From assembly GCA_030583805.1 (NCBI GenBank), contig CP129476.1:966657-1030656 (forward strand): a DNA stretch of 64,000 nucleotides. The letters run 5' to 3'. The translations under genes and the position numbers were made by a program. The DNA is from Patescibacteria group bacterium (GTDB lineage: Bacteria; Patescibacteriota; Patescibacteriia; SG8-24; DYFX01). Positions 45,200-55,614 of the stretch are shown here, one piece after another (position 1 is the stretch's first letter; each line of letters begins with the position of its first letter). The notes under the pieces were generated by a model. The model did no database searches. It was not told the DNA's origin and was given only the letters and a program-made list of their open reading frames with translations.

Positions 45200-46481
45200 T
45201 CGCCTCACGCTGCTCCTGGTCGCGCTCTTGCCGTGGCAGGCCAGGTACATCAAAGAAACCGCCGCCATCTTCGGCGTGCCTTGGGAACAGGGTATGGCGG
45301 CGCTTTTCGCGCTCGAGATCCTCCTGCTGCTCGCGATCGCCTGCCATCTTCTCGCGGTGACGGTCGCATGCGAACCGCGCAAGGCCGGCGCGCCGCTCTG
45401 GCTTGATCTCGCGGCGATTCTCCCGATCTACGCTTTCATCTCCGTCTTCTGGGCGTACGACACGACCGGCGCGCTGTTTTCGCTGATCCGCCTGTGCGAG
45501 GGATACGCGCTGGCGTATCTTTTGTGGGTTTCAAAAACGCCGCTTGCGGCGACGCTGCGCGCATTCGTCGTCGGCACGACGCTCACGGCGGCGCTCGGAC
45601 TCTGGCAGTTTTTCACGCAGACCTCGTTCGCTTCGACCTGGCTCGGCATCGCGGCGCATCCCGCGCCTGAAGCGGGCGTTGCCGTCGTTGAAACCGCCGT
45701 CGGAAGATTCCTGCGCGCCTACGGCACGCTTCCGCATCCGAACGTGCTTGGCGGCTATGCGGCCGCCGGCCTCGTCGCTTGTCTCGCGCTTTCCATGCGG
45801 GCAAGCCGCCACCGTCACGCGCTCTTCGTCGCCGCGCTCGTGCTCGGCGGCGGCCTCGCGGCTTCATTTTCGCGCTCGGCGTGGCTCGCGGCCGCGTGCG
45901 CATTCGCCATGGCGCTTTTGTTTCCGCGCGCGGCACGCACCGGCGAGGCGCGCCGCCATGCGGCGCCGGTCTTGCTTTCCGCGCTTGGCGGAGCCGCATG
46001 CGTCGCTTTGATCGCGCTGCCGATGCTGACGGCGCGTCTCTCGTTCGACGGCCGGTTGGAAGTACGCTCGGTCTCTGAGCGCGCGGTCTCCGCCGTGAAT
46101 GGAACGGAAATGCTTCTTCGCTACTTCGCGACAGGTGTCGGCGTCGGCAACTATCTGCCGACCGCGTTCCTTTCGCTCGGCGTGCCCGACGACGTCTACG
46201 CCATGCAGCCGCCGCACTTCGTACCGCTCCTGGTCGGCGCGGAACTCGGCTTCTTCGGCCTCGCGATCCTGCTCGGTTTCGTTTTTGCCTGGTGGCACTC
46301 CGCGCTTTGGCTCATGCGTCGCGCGGCCTCGCCGCTTGCGGCCGTTACCGCCGCGCTTCCGATCGTTATTCTGGTCGTCAGCGGCTTCGATCATTATCCC
46401 TACGATCTCTTTGCCGGCACGATGCTGACCGGCGCCTGTTTCGGCTTGTTTCTCAAAGCGGGGGAGGAGGACGCGGTTTGA
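45177..46481 (+). CDS. O-antigen ligase-like (Wzy_C family) polytopic membrane protein
   Basis: ~10 TM helices with the large loop HPNVLGGYAAAGLVACLAL...FSRSAWLAAA characteristic of O-antigen ligase/Wzy_C. Start at MSFALWRDRL. Confidence 0.55.
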   Translation: MSFALWRDRLTLLLVALLPWQARYIKETAAIFGVPWEQGMAALFALEILLLLAIACHLLAVTVACEPRKAGAPLWLDLAAILPIYAFISVFWAYDTTGALFSLIRLCEGYALAYLLWVSKTPLAATLRAFVVGTTLTAALGLWQFFTQTSFASTWLGIAAHPAPEAGVAVVETAVGRFLRAYGTLPHPNVLGGYAAAGLVACLALSMRASRHRHALFVAALVLGGGLAASFSRSAWLAAACAFAMALLFPRAARTGEARRHAAPVLLSALGGAACVALIALPMLTARLSFDGRLEVRSVSERAVSAVNGTEMLLRYFATGVGVGNYLPTAFLSLGVPDDVYAMQPPHFVPLLVGAELGFFGLAILLGFVFAWWHSALWLMRRAASPLAAVTAALPIVILVVSGFDHYPYDLFAGTMLTGACFGLFLKAGEEDAV

Positions 46482-46549
46482 CGACCGCGCGTTTTGCGCC
46501 TAGATTGAATCATCCGCGGCACGTTCGCCACGGACGCAAGGAGGTTCCC

Positions 46550-47041
46550 GTGCTCAAGCCCGCGCTCAATCGTTCGCCGTCCCGCCGTCTGTTCATCCCG
46601 CTCTGGCTCGTCATCGGCCTCTGCTTCGCCTGTCTCTCGCTCGGCGCCTACGTGGCCGGGCAGCCGGACGACGAGGTCTCCGAGCAAGCGTCCTTCGATC
46701 CATCCGAGACGTTCTCGTCGGCGCTCACCTGGTCGTACCACGCGGCTGGCGACTTCGCCTGTCGGCTGGCCGGCCGCGAGTACTGCGCACATCCCGCGAC
46801 GGCGGTTCCGCCGATCGAGATCGTGCCCGATACGCACTGGTCGAGCTACGTGACCTACCCGTCTTCCGACGATCCCTACGCCTACGAGCCTTCCTACTAC
46901 GAGCCGATCCGGATCACCTACGATCCGTACTGGCCCACCTCGCGCCTGCGCTGTGAACTCTGCGAGGATGGCTGGGTGCAGCTCGGCGAAGAGGGCATGT
47001 GGTCGTGCTACCGAGGCGTGTATCGCCTCAGCGCGTTCTGA
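46550..47041 (+). CDS. secreted Cys-containing hypothetical protein (trio member 1)
   Basis: GTG start 6 nt after SD AAGGAGG. Signal anchor LFIPLWLVIGLCFACLSLGAY. 8 Cys. Its stop overlaps the next ATG (TGATGA). Confidence 0.45.
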   Translation: MLKPALNRSPSRRLFIPLWLVIGLCFACLSLGAYVAGQPDDEVSEQASFDPSETFSSALTWSYHAAGDFACRLAGREYCAHPATAVPPIEIVPDTHWSSYVTYPSSDDPYAYEPSYYEPIRITYDPYWPTSRLRCELCEDGWVQLGEEGMWSCYRGVYRLSAF

Positions 47042-47394
47042 TGACGCACGGTGAAGCGGTGGCGCTCAGTGTCGCCGGCCTCGTGCTGTGCGTCGCGCTC
47101 GTGATCGTGTACGTCGTCGTCGGCCGCAAGCGCTGGAGCCTGGTGCGTGAAGGGTGGTGCCAAAGCATCACGTACCACGACTGGGTTTGGTACGCAGGCA
47201 CGTGCCAGTACACGGGCGACGACCTCTACACCGACGAGACGGACACGGACATCCACTTCGAAGACGGTCTCGAGCGGATCGGTTGCAAGTTCGTTCGTTA
47301 TAACGGTCCTTTGCCCGCGCGCGTGCGACTTGAAGCCAACTGGCTCGGCGCGTACCGCATCGTCGCCGTCGATGAAATCGAAAAAGCCGCCTGA
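47041..47394 (+). CDS. secreted Cys-containing hypothetical protein (trio member 2)
   Basis: TM ALSVAGLVLCVALVIVYVVV, then CQSITYHDWVWYAGTCQYTGDD...GCKF. Confidence 0.45.
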   Translation: MTHGEAVALSVAGLVLCVALVIVYVVVGRKRWSLVREGWCQSITYHDWVWYAGTCQYTGDDLYTDETDTDIHFEDGLERIGCKFVRYNGPLPARVRLEANWLGAYRIVAVDEIEKAA

Positions 47395-47453
47395 CCCCGC
47401 CTCCGCGAGGTCTTTTTATTTGCGGCCGCATCTTGACTGTCGCCGCAATTCGC

Positions 47454-47924
47454 GATACGCTGCTCCCGTTCTCAACTTCGAGACAAGGAGGTACCGTGCA
47501 CGCTCCCATCGCCTCGACCCGTTTTTCCTTGCGCAAGAGGCGCCTGCTTCTCAGCGCGGCCGCGATCTCCCTCGTTCTGACCGGGCTGCTCGTCCTCGTG
47601 CCGAGGCTGCTCGGTACCGGCGCACGCGCGCCTCGTGCGGAGAAAGTCTATTCGCCGCTGCTCAAGTCCGAGGTCGAGACGCTCAGCGTGTACCCGCTTC
47701 AAGGTCCGGAGCGCGTGCGCGTCTGCCTCTACGGGCGCGATCTCTCGCGCTGCACCGATGACCGGTGGATCCCGATCGATCGTGTCGACGTGATCGCCGC
47801 CGCCCTCGGGCGCGTTCGCCAGCCTGGTGAACGCGACGTACTCGGTTGTCTCCGCGTCGAACGCGGCGTCATCGTTTCATGCAAGCGCCACAACTTCTCC
47901 TTGACCCTCGCCGAATCGCGGTGA
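47454..47924 (+). CDS. membrane-anchored Cys-containing hypothetical protein (trio member 3)
   Basis: TM LLLSAAAISLVLTGLLVLVP. Alternative GTG start at 47497. Confidence 0.4.
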   Translation, partial: DTLLPFSTSRQGGTVHAPIASTRFSLRKRRLLLSAAAISLVLTGLLVLVPRLLGTGARAPRAEKVYSPLLKSEVETLSVYPLQGPERVRVCLYGRDLSRCTDDRWIPIDRVDVIAAALGRVRQPGERDVLGCLRVERGVIVSCKRHNFSLTLAESR

Positions 47925-47958
47925 GGGTCTTTTCTTTCCAAAAGAAAAACGCCGTGCG

Positions 47959-48306
47959 TTACCGCACGACGAAGAAGAATTGCAGGATGCAGCAGACGAA
48001 GCTCAGGGCTCCCGCCAGGACCAAGGCGATGATCCTCGGGTCCATGGGCTCGTCGTCCTTCGTGTCGTCTTGCTCCAACCACCACCGACCCGCGAGCAGG
48101 ATGGCTGCGATCGCATAGACGAACAAGAGGATGCCGACCGTCACGCGGACGGCCGTGACGCTCGTTTCGAGATTCAACCAGCCGGCTCCGAGCGCGGCGA
48201 TGAAGCCGACCCGGTGCATGAAGTGCCCGACCTGCCTGTACTTCACCATGACGATGAGCCAAGCGGCGGCGATGAGGAAAAGGTAGGCGGAAACGATGGC
48301 GGACAT
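47959..48306 (-). CDS. multi-TM membrane protein, hypothetical
   Basis: Start MSAIVSAY is preceded by GGAGG. The divergent promoter region is shared with groES. Confidence 0.45.
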   Translation of the reverse strand: MSAIVSAYLFLIAAAWLIVMVKYRQVGHFMHRVGFIAALGAGWLNLETSVTAVRVTVGILLFVYAIAAILLAGRWWLEQDDTKDDEPMDPRIIALVLAGALSFVCCILQFFFVVR

Positions 48307-48381
48307 GGGGCCTCCTGCAAGGAACAATGATGCGGCGAGCCTAGCCCAAAGTCCGGGGTTTGTCAATCGCTGGCGGGGGAT

Positions 48382-48410
48382 TTGACAGGAAAAACGGGCG
48401 TCCCTACAAT
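48382..48410 (+). promoter_or_regulatory. sigma70-like promoter of groES-groEL (TTGACA-17-TACAAT)
   Basis: TTGACA at 48382-48387, a 17-nt spacer, TACAAT at 48405-48410. Confidence 0.55.
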
Positions 48411-48414
48411 GCGG

Positions 48415-48441
48415 CTAGCAGCCGACCAGGCTGAGTGCTAA
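48415..48441 (+). promoter_or_regulatory. CIRCE-like inverted repeat (HrcA operator-like), left arm degenerate
   Basis: CTAGCAGCC-N9-GAGTGCTAA versus consensus TTAGCACTC-N9-GAGTGCTAA. The right arm is perfect and the left arm matches 6/9. It lies between the promoter and groES. Confidence 0.45.
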
Positions 48442-48474
48442 TACACGTTTTTAACTCCATCACCGCGAATCTCT

Positions 48475-48765
48475 ATGAACCTCCGCCCTCTCGGTGACCG
48501 CGTCGTGGTCAAGCCTCTCACGCAAGACGAGGTGACCAAGTCCGGCATCATTCTTCCCGAAACCGTCGACAAGGAGCGCCCGGAACGCGGCGAAGTCATC
48601 GCCATCGGTCCCGGCAAGGTGCTTGAGAACGGCGCCTTCGCGCCCATGAGCGTGAAAGTCGGCGACAAGATCGTTTTCAAGAAGTACTCGCCCGATGAAG
48701 TGAAGGTCGACAACGTCGAGTATCTCGTCGTCTCCGAATCCGACATCATGGCGGTCATTGAATAA
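48475..48765 (+). CDS. groES: co-chaperonin GroES
   Basis: MNLRPLGDRVVVKP...GIILPET...GEVIAIGPGK is the canonical GroES sequence. Confidence 0.95.
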   Translation: MNLRPLGDRVVVKPLTQDEVTKSGIILPETVDKERPERGEVIAIGPGKVLENGAFAPMSVKVGDKIVFKKYSPDEVKVDNVEYLVVSESDIMAVIE

Positions 48766-50463
<1,698 letters not shown>

Positions 50464-50465
50464 AG

Positions 50466-50493
50466 AAAAAACCGGCCTCACGGCCGGTTTTTT
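50466..50493 (+). terminator. rho-independent terminator after groEL
   Basis: AAAAAA-CCGGCC-TCAC-GGCCGG-TTTTTT. Confidence 0.7.
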
Positions 50494-50499
50494 GAAATG

Positions 50500-50522
50500 A
50501 AAAACCGACGAAGTTTCGTCGG
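50500..50522 (-). terminator. rho-independent terminator for the convergent minus-strand gene
   Basis: Plus strand AAAAA-CCGACGAA-GT-TTCGTCGG. On the minus strand the hairpin is followed by TTTTT. Confidence 0.6.
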
Positions 50523-50864
50523 TCAGTACATCCAGAGTCCGCGCTGGATGCCCAGAGCTTCGTCGCGCTGGCGCGAGGCCGTGTGCGCCTGCTCGACATG
50601 CCTGGGATGATGCATGGCCCAGGAGCGCTTTCCCGGCAGCTTGCCGAATCCGCTCGCGGCGTCCACTTCGACCTGCGAGCCGCAGCTCAGGCAGAGGCAG
50701 CAGACCTTCTCCGCCTGCTGTCCGTCATCCACTGTCACCATGTCCGTGAAGAGATCGTCGCGCTCGATGGCCAGCACGGCGCCGCAGCCGCCGCCGGTGC
50801 GCTGTCCGCAGGTGACGACGGTGCTCCAGGCGTAATGATGCTTTCCCTGTACTTTGACGTGCAT
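50523..50864 (-). CDS. small Cys-rich hypothetical protein (possible Zn-ribbon-like)
   Basis: Start MHVKVQGKHHY is preceded by GAGGAGG. Contains TCGQRTGGGCG and CCLCLSCGS Cys clusters. Confidence 0.45.
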   Translation of the reverse strand: MHVKVQGKHHYAWSTVVTCGQRTGGGCGAVLAIERDDLFTDMVTVDDGQQAEKVCCLCLSCGSQVEVDAASGFGKLPGKRSWAMHHPRHVEQAHTASRQRDEALGIQRGLWMY

Positions 50865-50924
50865 GTGAGCCTCCTCTCGATGCGCGGAACGTAGCAAATA
50901 CATGCTCTTCGGTCAAGAATGCGG

Positions 50925-50930
50925 TATACT
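50925..50930 (+). promoter_or_regulatory. TATACT -10-like box 18 nt upstream of the ATG at 50948
   Basis: GCGGTATACTGTGCTGGAAGACACGTTATG. Confidence 0.3.
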
Positions 50931-50947
50931 GTGCTGGAAGACACGTT

Positions 50948-51640
50948 ATGCGCAACGGTATCCAAATGCTGGTCGTTTCCGGATTGTTCGCCGCCACCCT
51001 CGTCGCGGCGATCGTCTTGTTCGTTCCGAGCTCAATCCCGGCGCCCTCGGTCGCGCAGCCTGAAACGCAGCAGCCGATGCCGGAACCGCAGCCCGAACCG
51101 GCGCCTGCGCCCCAAGCGGAGGTCAAAACGTACACGAATGCCAAACCGGCTTTTTCGGTCATGTATCCGGAAACGATCATCTATTCGGATGACGTTTCGG
51201 ACATGCAGCTCTCAGGCTATATTCCGGTCTGCGACCCGGAGCAAGCCGTCGTCTGCTTCCCGGTTCCCAAAGACGCGTACCCCGGCACCAATTTTGAAAG
51301 CGCGGCGTTCGCGGTGCATCTCCGATCGGATCTGAAAAAACAGGCGGCGTGCGAAGCGTCCGACAGCGGCGAGATGCCCGACGGCGAAGCGACGATCAAC
51401 GGCGTGCTCTACAAGAAGTTTTCGTTCGGCGACGCCGCCGCCGGCCACCGCCTTGAAGGCGAGAACTACCGCGTCTTCAGGGACGGGCGATGCATCGAGC
51501 TTTCAACGCGCGTGGCGACGACGGTATTTGAAAATTACGAACCCGGCACGGTCGCGCCGTTCTCCGACGACAATCGCTCCGCGCTCCAAGCCCTCCTCGA
51601 GCGCATGCTCCTGAGCTTCCGCTTCGTCAACGGGTCTTGA
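50948..51640 (+). CDS. secreted hypothetical protein
   Basis: Signal anchor LVVSGLFAATLVAAIVLFV, a Pro/Glu-rich linker (PEPQPEPAPAPQ), and a ~170-aa domain with 4 Cys. Confidence 0.5.
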   Translation: MRNGIQMLVVSGLFAATLVAAIVLFVPSSIPAPSVAQPETQQPMPEPQPEPAPAPQAEVKTYTNAKPAFSVMYPETIIYSDDVSDMQLSGYIPVCDPEQAVVCFPVPKDAYPGTNFESAAFAVHLRSDLKKQAACEASDSGEMPDGEATINGVLYKKFSFGDAAAGHRLEGENYRVFRDGRCIELSTRVATTVFENYEPGTVAPFSDDNRSALQALLERMLLSFRFVNGS

Positions 51641-51673
51641 AATTAGGCTTGAAAAATGGTAGACTGGTCCTGC

Positions 51674-51970
51674 ATGGATCAGGACGCCAAAACGCACCGT
51701 ACGACCGCAGCGCTTTCCTACGTGCTGCTTTTGTTCGTCGTGCCGATGACGAAAAAAGACAGCGCCTTCTGCCAGTTCCACGCCAAGCAGGGGATCGCGC
51801 TGTTCGTCGCCTGGGTCATCGTTTCGTTCTGCGCCTGGATCCCGTTTATCGGCTGGGCTGCCTGGCTCTCGCTCCTCATCATCAACGTCATGGCGCTCGT
51901 GAAGACCTTGAACGGCGAGACGTGGGAGTTGCCCATCCTGGGAAAGTACGCTAAAGAGATCAAGCTGTAA
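51674..51970 (+). CDS. small membrane protein, DUF4870-like (tentative)
   Basis: Two TM helices with the HAKQGIALF motif between them. Alternative start at 51656. Confidence 0.4.
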   Translation: MDQDAKTHRTTAALSYVLLLFVVPMTKKDSAFCQFHAKQGIALFVAWVIVSFCAWIPFIGWAAWLSLLIINVMALVKTLNGETWELPILGKYAKEIKL

Positions 51971-51996
51971 GTAAGGCATATCAACGTCGAAACGAT

Positions 51997-53140
51997 ATGA
52001 AGGATATTCTTGAACGAGTCGGCGCGCTTTCCGAGCGCATCTCCTCCACACGGAGGTTACTTTGACGACGCTGCCACGCGCGAAGAACTGAAGAAGTACG
52101 AGGAGCAGATGCAGGATCCGGCTTTTTGGAACGCGCCGGATCGCGCCAAAGTCATCGCCCAGCAGGTCAGCGAAATCCGCCGCGAGCTTGAGACGTGGGA
52201 CGTTCTTGAGAAAGAATCGGCGGATCTGAAGGAACTCGTCTCCGGCATGAAGCCGGAAGAGGAGACGGAGTTCCGTCCCGAAATCGAAAAACAGATAGCC
52301 GAGCTCGAGAAGAAGTTCTCGGAGCTCGAATTTTTGGTGCTGTTCAGCGGACGCTACGACGCCAATAACGCGATCGTCACGTTCCATTCCGGCAGCGGCG
52401 GCACCGAAGCCCAGGATTGGACGGAGATGCTTTTCCGCATGGTGACGCGCTTCTGCGAAAAGAAGGGTTGGACGGTGCGCATGTTGAACGAGAGCAAGGG
52501 GCAGGAAGCGGGGCTGAAAAGCGCGACGATCGAAGTCATCGGCCGGCATGCCTACGGCTACCTTCGCAGCGAGCACGGCGTCCACCGCCTCGTGCGCATT
52601 TCTCCGTTCGACGCCGCCAAGGCGCGTCATACCTCGTTCGCGCTGATCGAAGTCCTGCCGGACATCGGCGATGCGGCCGACGTGAAAATCGACCCGAGCG
52701 ATCTGCGCATCGACACCTTCCTTTCGGGCGGCCACGGCGGCCAGGGCGTGCAGACGACGTATTCCGCCGTCCGCATCGTGCATATTCCGACCGGCATCAT
52801 GACGACCTGCCAGAACGAGCGTTCACAGCAGCAGAACCGCGAAAACGCCATGAAGATGCTGCGTGCCAAGCTGGCCGCTATCGAGGAAGAGAAGCATCAG
52901 AAAGAAATGCAGGGCATCCGCGGCGAGTATCACAGCGCCGAATGGGGCAACCAGGCGCGCTCCTACGTCCTCCAGCCGTACCGCATGGTCAAGGACCACC
53001 GCACCAAGCACAAGACGAGCGACACGGACGGCGTGCTGAACGGCGGCATCGACGAGTTCATCGAAGCGTATCTAAAATGGATGAAGGATCCGGAAGCCTA
53101 TCTCAAATCCCATGCCCAAGAAGACGACGACGAAGAATAA
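51997..53140 (+). CDS. prfB: peptide chain release factor 2, requiring programmed +1 ribosomal frameshift at CTT TGA C (52060-52066)
   Basis: Frame 0 from ATG 51997 reads MKDILERVGALSERISSTRRLL then UGA. An internal SD GGAGG (52053-52057) lies just upstream of CUU UGA C, the classic RF2 autoregulatory site. The +1 frame continues DDAATREEL... through SPF (RISPF) and GGQ (SGGHGGQ) motifs to 53140. Confidence 0.9.
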
Positions 53141-54056
53141 GACTGCGCTGGTCACCGGCGGCGCGGGCTTCATCGGCTCGCACCTCGTCGATCGCCTGAT
53201 CGCCGAGGGGTTCAAGGTCGCCGTCGTCGACGATCTGACGAACGGTCGTCGCGAATACCTGAATCCGCAAGCGCATTTCTATAAGATCAGCATCACCGAT
53301 CCGAAACTCGGCGTCGTTTTTGCGGCGGAAAAGCCGAATGTCGTCTTCCATCTCGCTGCGCACATCGACGCGCGCGTTTCGGTACAGGACCCGATCCACG
53401 ACGCCGAAGTGAACGTCCACGGATCGCTCCGCGTCTTGAAGCAGTGCTTGAAGCACGGCGTAAAGAAACTTGTCTTCTCGTCGTCCGGCGGTGCAATCTA
53501 TCACGACACGAAAAAATTCCCGACGCCGGAAACCGAAGCGCCTTCTCCGCTCACGCCGTACGGCGTTTCCAAGCTTGCCTTCGAGTATTACTTGGAAACC
53601 GCGCGGCATCATTATGGGTTGGAATACGTCGCGCTCCGCTACGCCAACGTCTATGGTCCGCGCCAAGACCAAAAAGGGGAGGGCGGCGTGATCGGCGTCT
53701 TCTGCAAGATGCTGAAAGACGGGAAGCCGCCGAAGATTTTCGGCGACGGCAAGCAGACGCGCGATTTCGTTTACGTCGGCGACGTCGTGAACGCCAACAT
53801 GAAAGCGATGCGCGCCAAGGAGTCTGGCGCTTTCCATATCGCAACGGGCAAGGAAACAACCGTAAAAACGGTCGCTTCGCTGATCGCCAAGGCCTTCGGT
53901 TGGAAAGGCATCTTCGGCCGCGGCGCGACGCCGGTCGGCGACGTGCGCCGCAGCTGCCTGAGCCCGCGCCTCGCTAAGAAAAAACTCGGCTGGCAGGCCA
54001 AGGTGATGATTCACGACGGCGTCGAGCGCACGGTCGCTTGGTTTAGATCACGTTAA
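53112..54056 (+). CDS. NAD-dependent epimerase/dehydratase (UDP-glucose 4-epimerase-like SDR)
   Basis: TGGAGFIGSHLV Rossmann motif, catalytic YGVSK (YxxxK), and a C-terminal substrate domain. Overlaps the prfB 3' end by 29 nt. Confidence 0.85.
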   Translation: MPKKTTTKNKTALVTGGAGFIGSHLVDRLIAEGFKVAVVDDLTNGRREYLNPQAHFYKISITDPKLGVVFAAEKPNVVFHLAAHIDARVSVQDPIHDAEVNVHGSLRVLKQCLKHGVKKLVFSSSGGAIYHDTKKFPTPETEAPSPLTPYGVSKLAFEYYLETARHHYGLEYVALRYANVYGPRQDQKGEGGVIGVFCKMLKDGKPPKIFGDGKQTRDFVYVGDVVNANMKAMRAKESGAFHIATGKETTVKTVASLIAKAFGWKGIFGRGATPVGDVRRSCLSPRLAKKKLGWQAKVMIHDGVERTVAWFRSR

Positions 54057-54058
54057 GT

Positions 54059-54991
54059 ATGAGAATGTTTGAGAGGTTTTTCGGAAAAAAATCCTCCATC
54101 GATCGTGTTGTCGGAGGGTCGTCGAAAGAGAGGAAAAGCGCTGATAAAGAAATGGAGAGGCGTTTCAAAGACCAAGAAATACCAAGCTTGAGCGACATCG
54201 AACTTCCAAAAACTCCGGAAGTACTCGAAATGATCGAGATTGCCAACCGTGCGACGGATCTGCTTCGTGAAAAATACGGTCTGCCGGAGTATCGCGTGCC
54301 GTCCGAAAACTACCACCTCATCAAGGAGAAAAACGATAATCGCATGCCGCAACATGGCGCGTTCAGCGTGCAACGCCAGGCAATTGCCATAAAAGAGGAT
54401 CATCTCAAATCACGGCTGTTATCCTCGCTTTTTCACGAGACGGTGCATTTCAAGTCCTATGCCTCGCTTCATGGCGATGCCCCCGACCTCATTCCTCGTC
54501 GCAGCGGCCTGAACATGACTATCGGGAAAGAAAGGGAGCGGGCCTTTGGAGCATTGAACGAAGCGGTGACGGAAGAGCTGGCAAAACGCTTCATGCGCGC
54601 CCAGGAAGACCTCCCTATGTTGGCGGATGAAATGGATCTATTACAGCGCGGGCGGGAAAAATACGGTGCAGAGGAAATGGAAGACATTGTCGCCGTGGAA
54701 GTCAAAGATCATCCGACAGACCGTGATCTCATTAAGGTCGCCGTTTACCATTTCGCGTATCGCCGCGAACGCGAAGCTCTCCGTCTCCTTATCGATAAAC
54801 TTCAAGAGCGCAATCCTCAAGTATTTCGTGATAAGGAAGAATGGTTCGATCTGTTCGCCTCCGCCATGTTCAACGGCCACTTGCTTGAATTGGCGCGGAA
54901 CATCGAAAAGACGTTTGGCGAAGGTTCTTTCCGTAAGCTCGGTGAGCAGAAAAATGGCGAGGAGTTGCTGAAATACGTCGAATCCCTCTGA
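54059..54991 (+). CDS. hypothetical protein with HExxH zincin-like motif; low-GC (~48%) gene
   Basis: LFHETVHFKS (HExxH) with a downstream E-rich helix (ALNEAVTEEL) suggests a possible gluzincin-type metallopeptidase fold. No signal peptide. GC is clearly below the flanks. Separated from both neighbours by only 2 nt. Confidence 0.5.
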   Translation: MRMFERFFGKKSSIDRVVGGSSKERKSADKEMERRFKDQEIPSLSDIELPKTPEVLEMIEIANRATDLLREKYGLPEYRVPSENYHLIKEKNDNRMPQHGAFSVQRQAIAIKEDHLKSRLLSSLFHETVHFKSYASLHGDAPDLIPRRSGLNMTIGKERERAFGALNEAVTEELAKRFMRAQEDLPMLADEMDLLQRGREKYGAEEMEDIVAVEVKDHPTDRDLIKVAVYHFAYRREREALRLLIDKLQERNPQVFRDKEEWFDLFASAMFNGHLLELARNIEKTFGEGSFRKLGEQKNGEELLKYVESL

Positions 54992-54992
54992 C

Positions 54993-55613
54993 ATGCTGCT
55001 CGTCCGCATCGATTCGAAAAAACCCGACGCCGCGACGCTGAAGAAAGCGATCGCCGTTTTGAAGCGCGGCGGTCTCGTCGTCTACCCCACCGAAACGGCG
55101 TACGCGCTCGGGTGCGATCCGAAGAACGCGAAGGCGATGAAGAAAATTTTTTTGGTAAAGAAACGCGCCGCGGTGAAACCGCTTCCGCTCATCGCCGCGT
55201 CGCCGGCGATGGCGCGCCGTGCCGCCGTTCTCGATCGCTACGCGTCGATGCTGGCGGACGCCTTCTGGCCCGGTCCGCTCACGCTCGTCGCGCCGCGAGT
55301 GACTGGCACCAAAGGGACAGGTGAGATTGCTGTGCGGGTGAGTTCCGCTCCGTGGGCGCAGGCGCTTTCGGCCGGGCTCGGCCGGCCCGTCGTTTCGACT
55401 TCGGCCAATCTTTCCGGGGCGAAAACGCGCTATGACGTCCCTTCCGTCCTGCGCGATCTTGGTACGCTGCCGGACATGTTGCTCGACGCTGGTACGTTGA
55501 AATCCGCGCCGCCTTCCACGATCGTGCGCGCGCACGGCGGTCTCGTCGCGATTTTGCGCGCGGGACCGATCTCCGAGGACGACCTGCACCGCGCACTCAT
55601 GAAGCGTCTTTGA
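54993..55613 (+). CDS. tsaC: L-threonylcarbamoyladenylate synthase (TsaC/YrdC/Sua5 family)
   Basis: YPTETAYALGCD...GPLTLV...VSTSANLSG conserved YrdC blocks. Confidence 0.8.
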   Translation: MLLVRIDSKKPDAATLKKAIAVLKRGGLVVYPTETAYALGCDPKNAKAMKKIFLVKKRAAVKPLPLIAASPAMARRAAVLDRYASMLADAFWPGPLTLVAPRVTGTKGTGEIAVRVSSAPWAQALSAGLGRPVVSTSANLSGAKTRYDVPSVLRDLGTLPDMLLDAGTLKSAPPSTIVRAHGGLVAILRAGPISEDDLHRALMKRL

Positions 55614-55614
55614 T

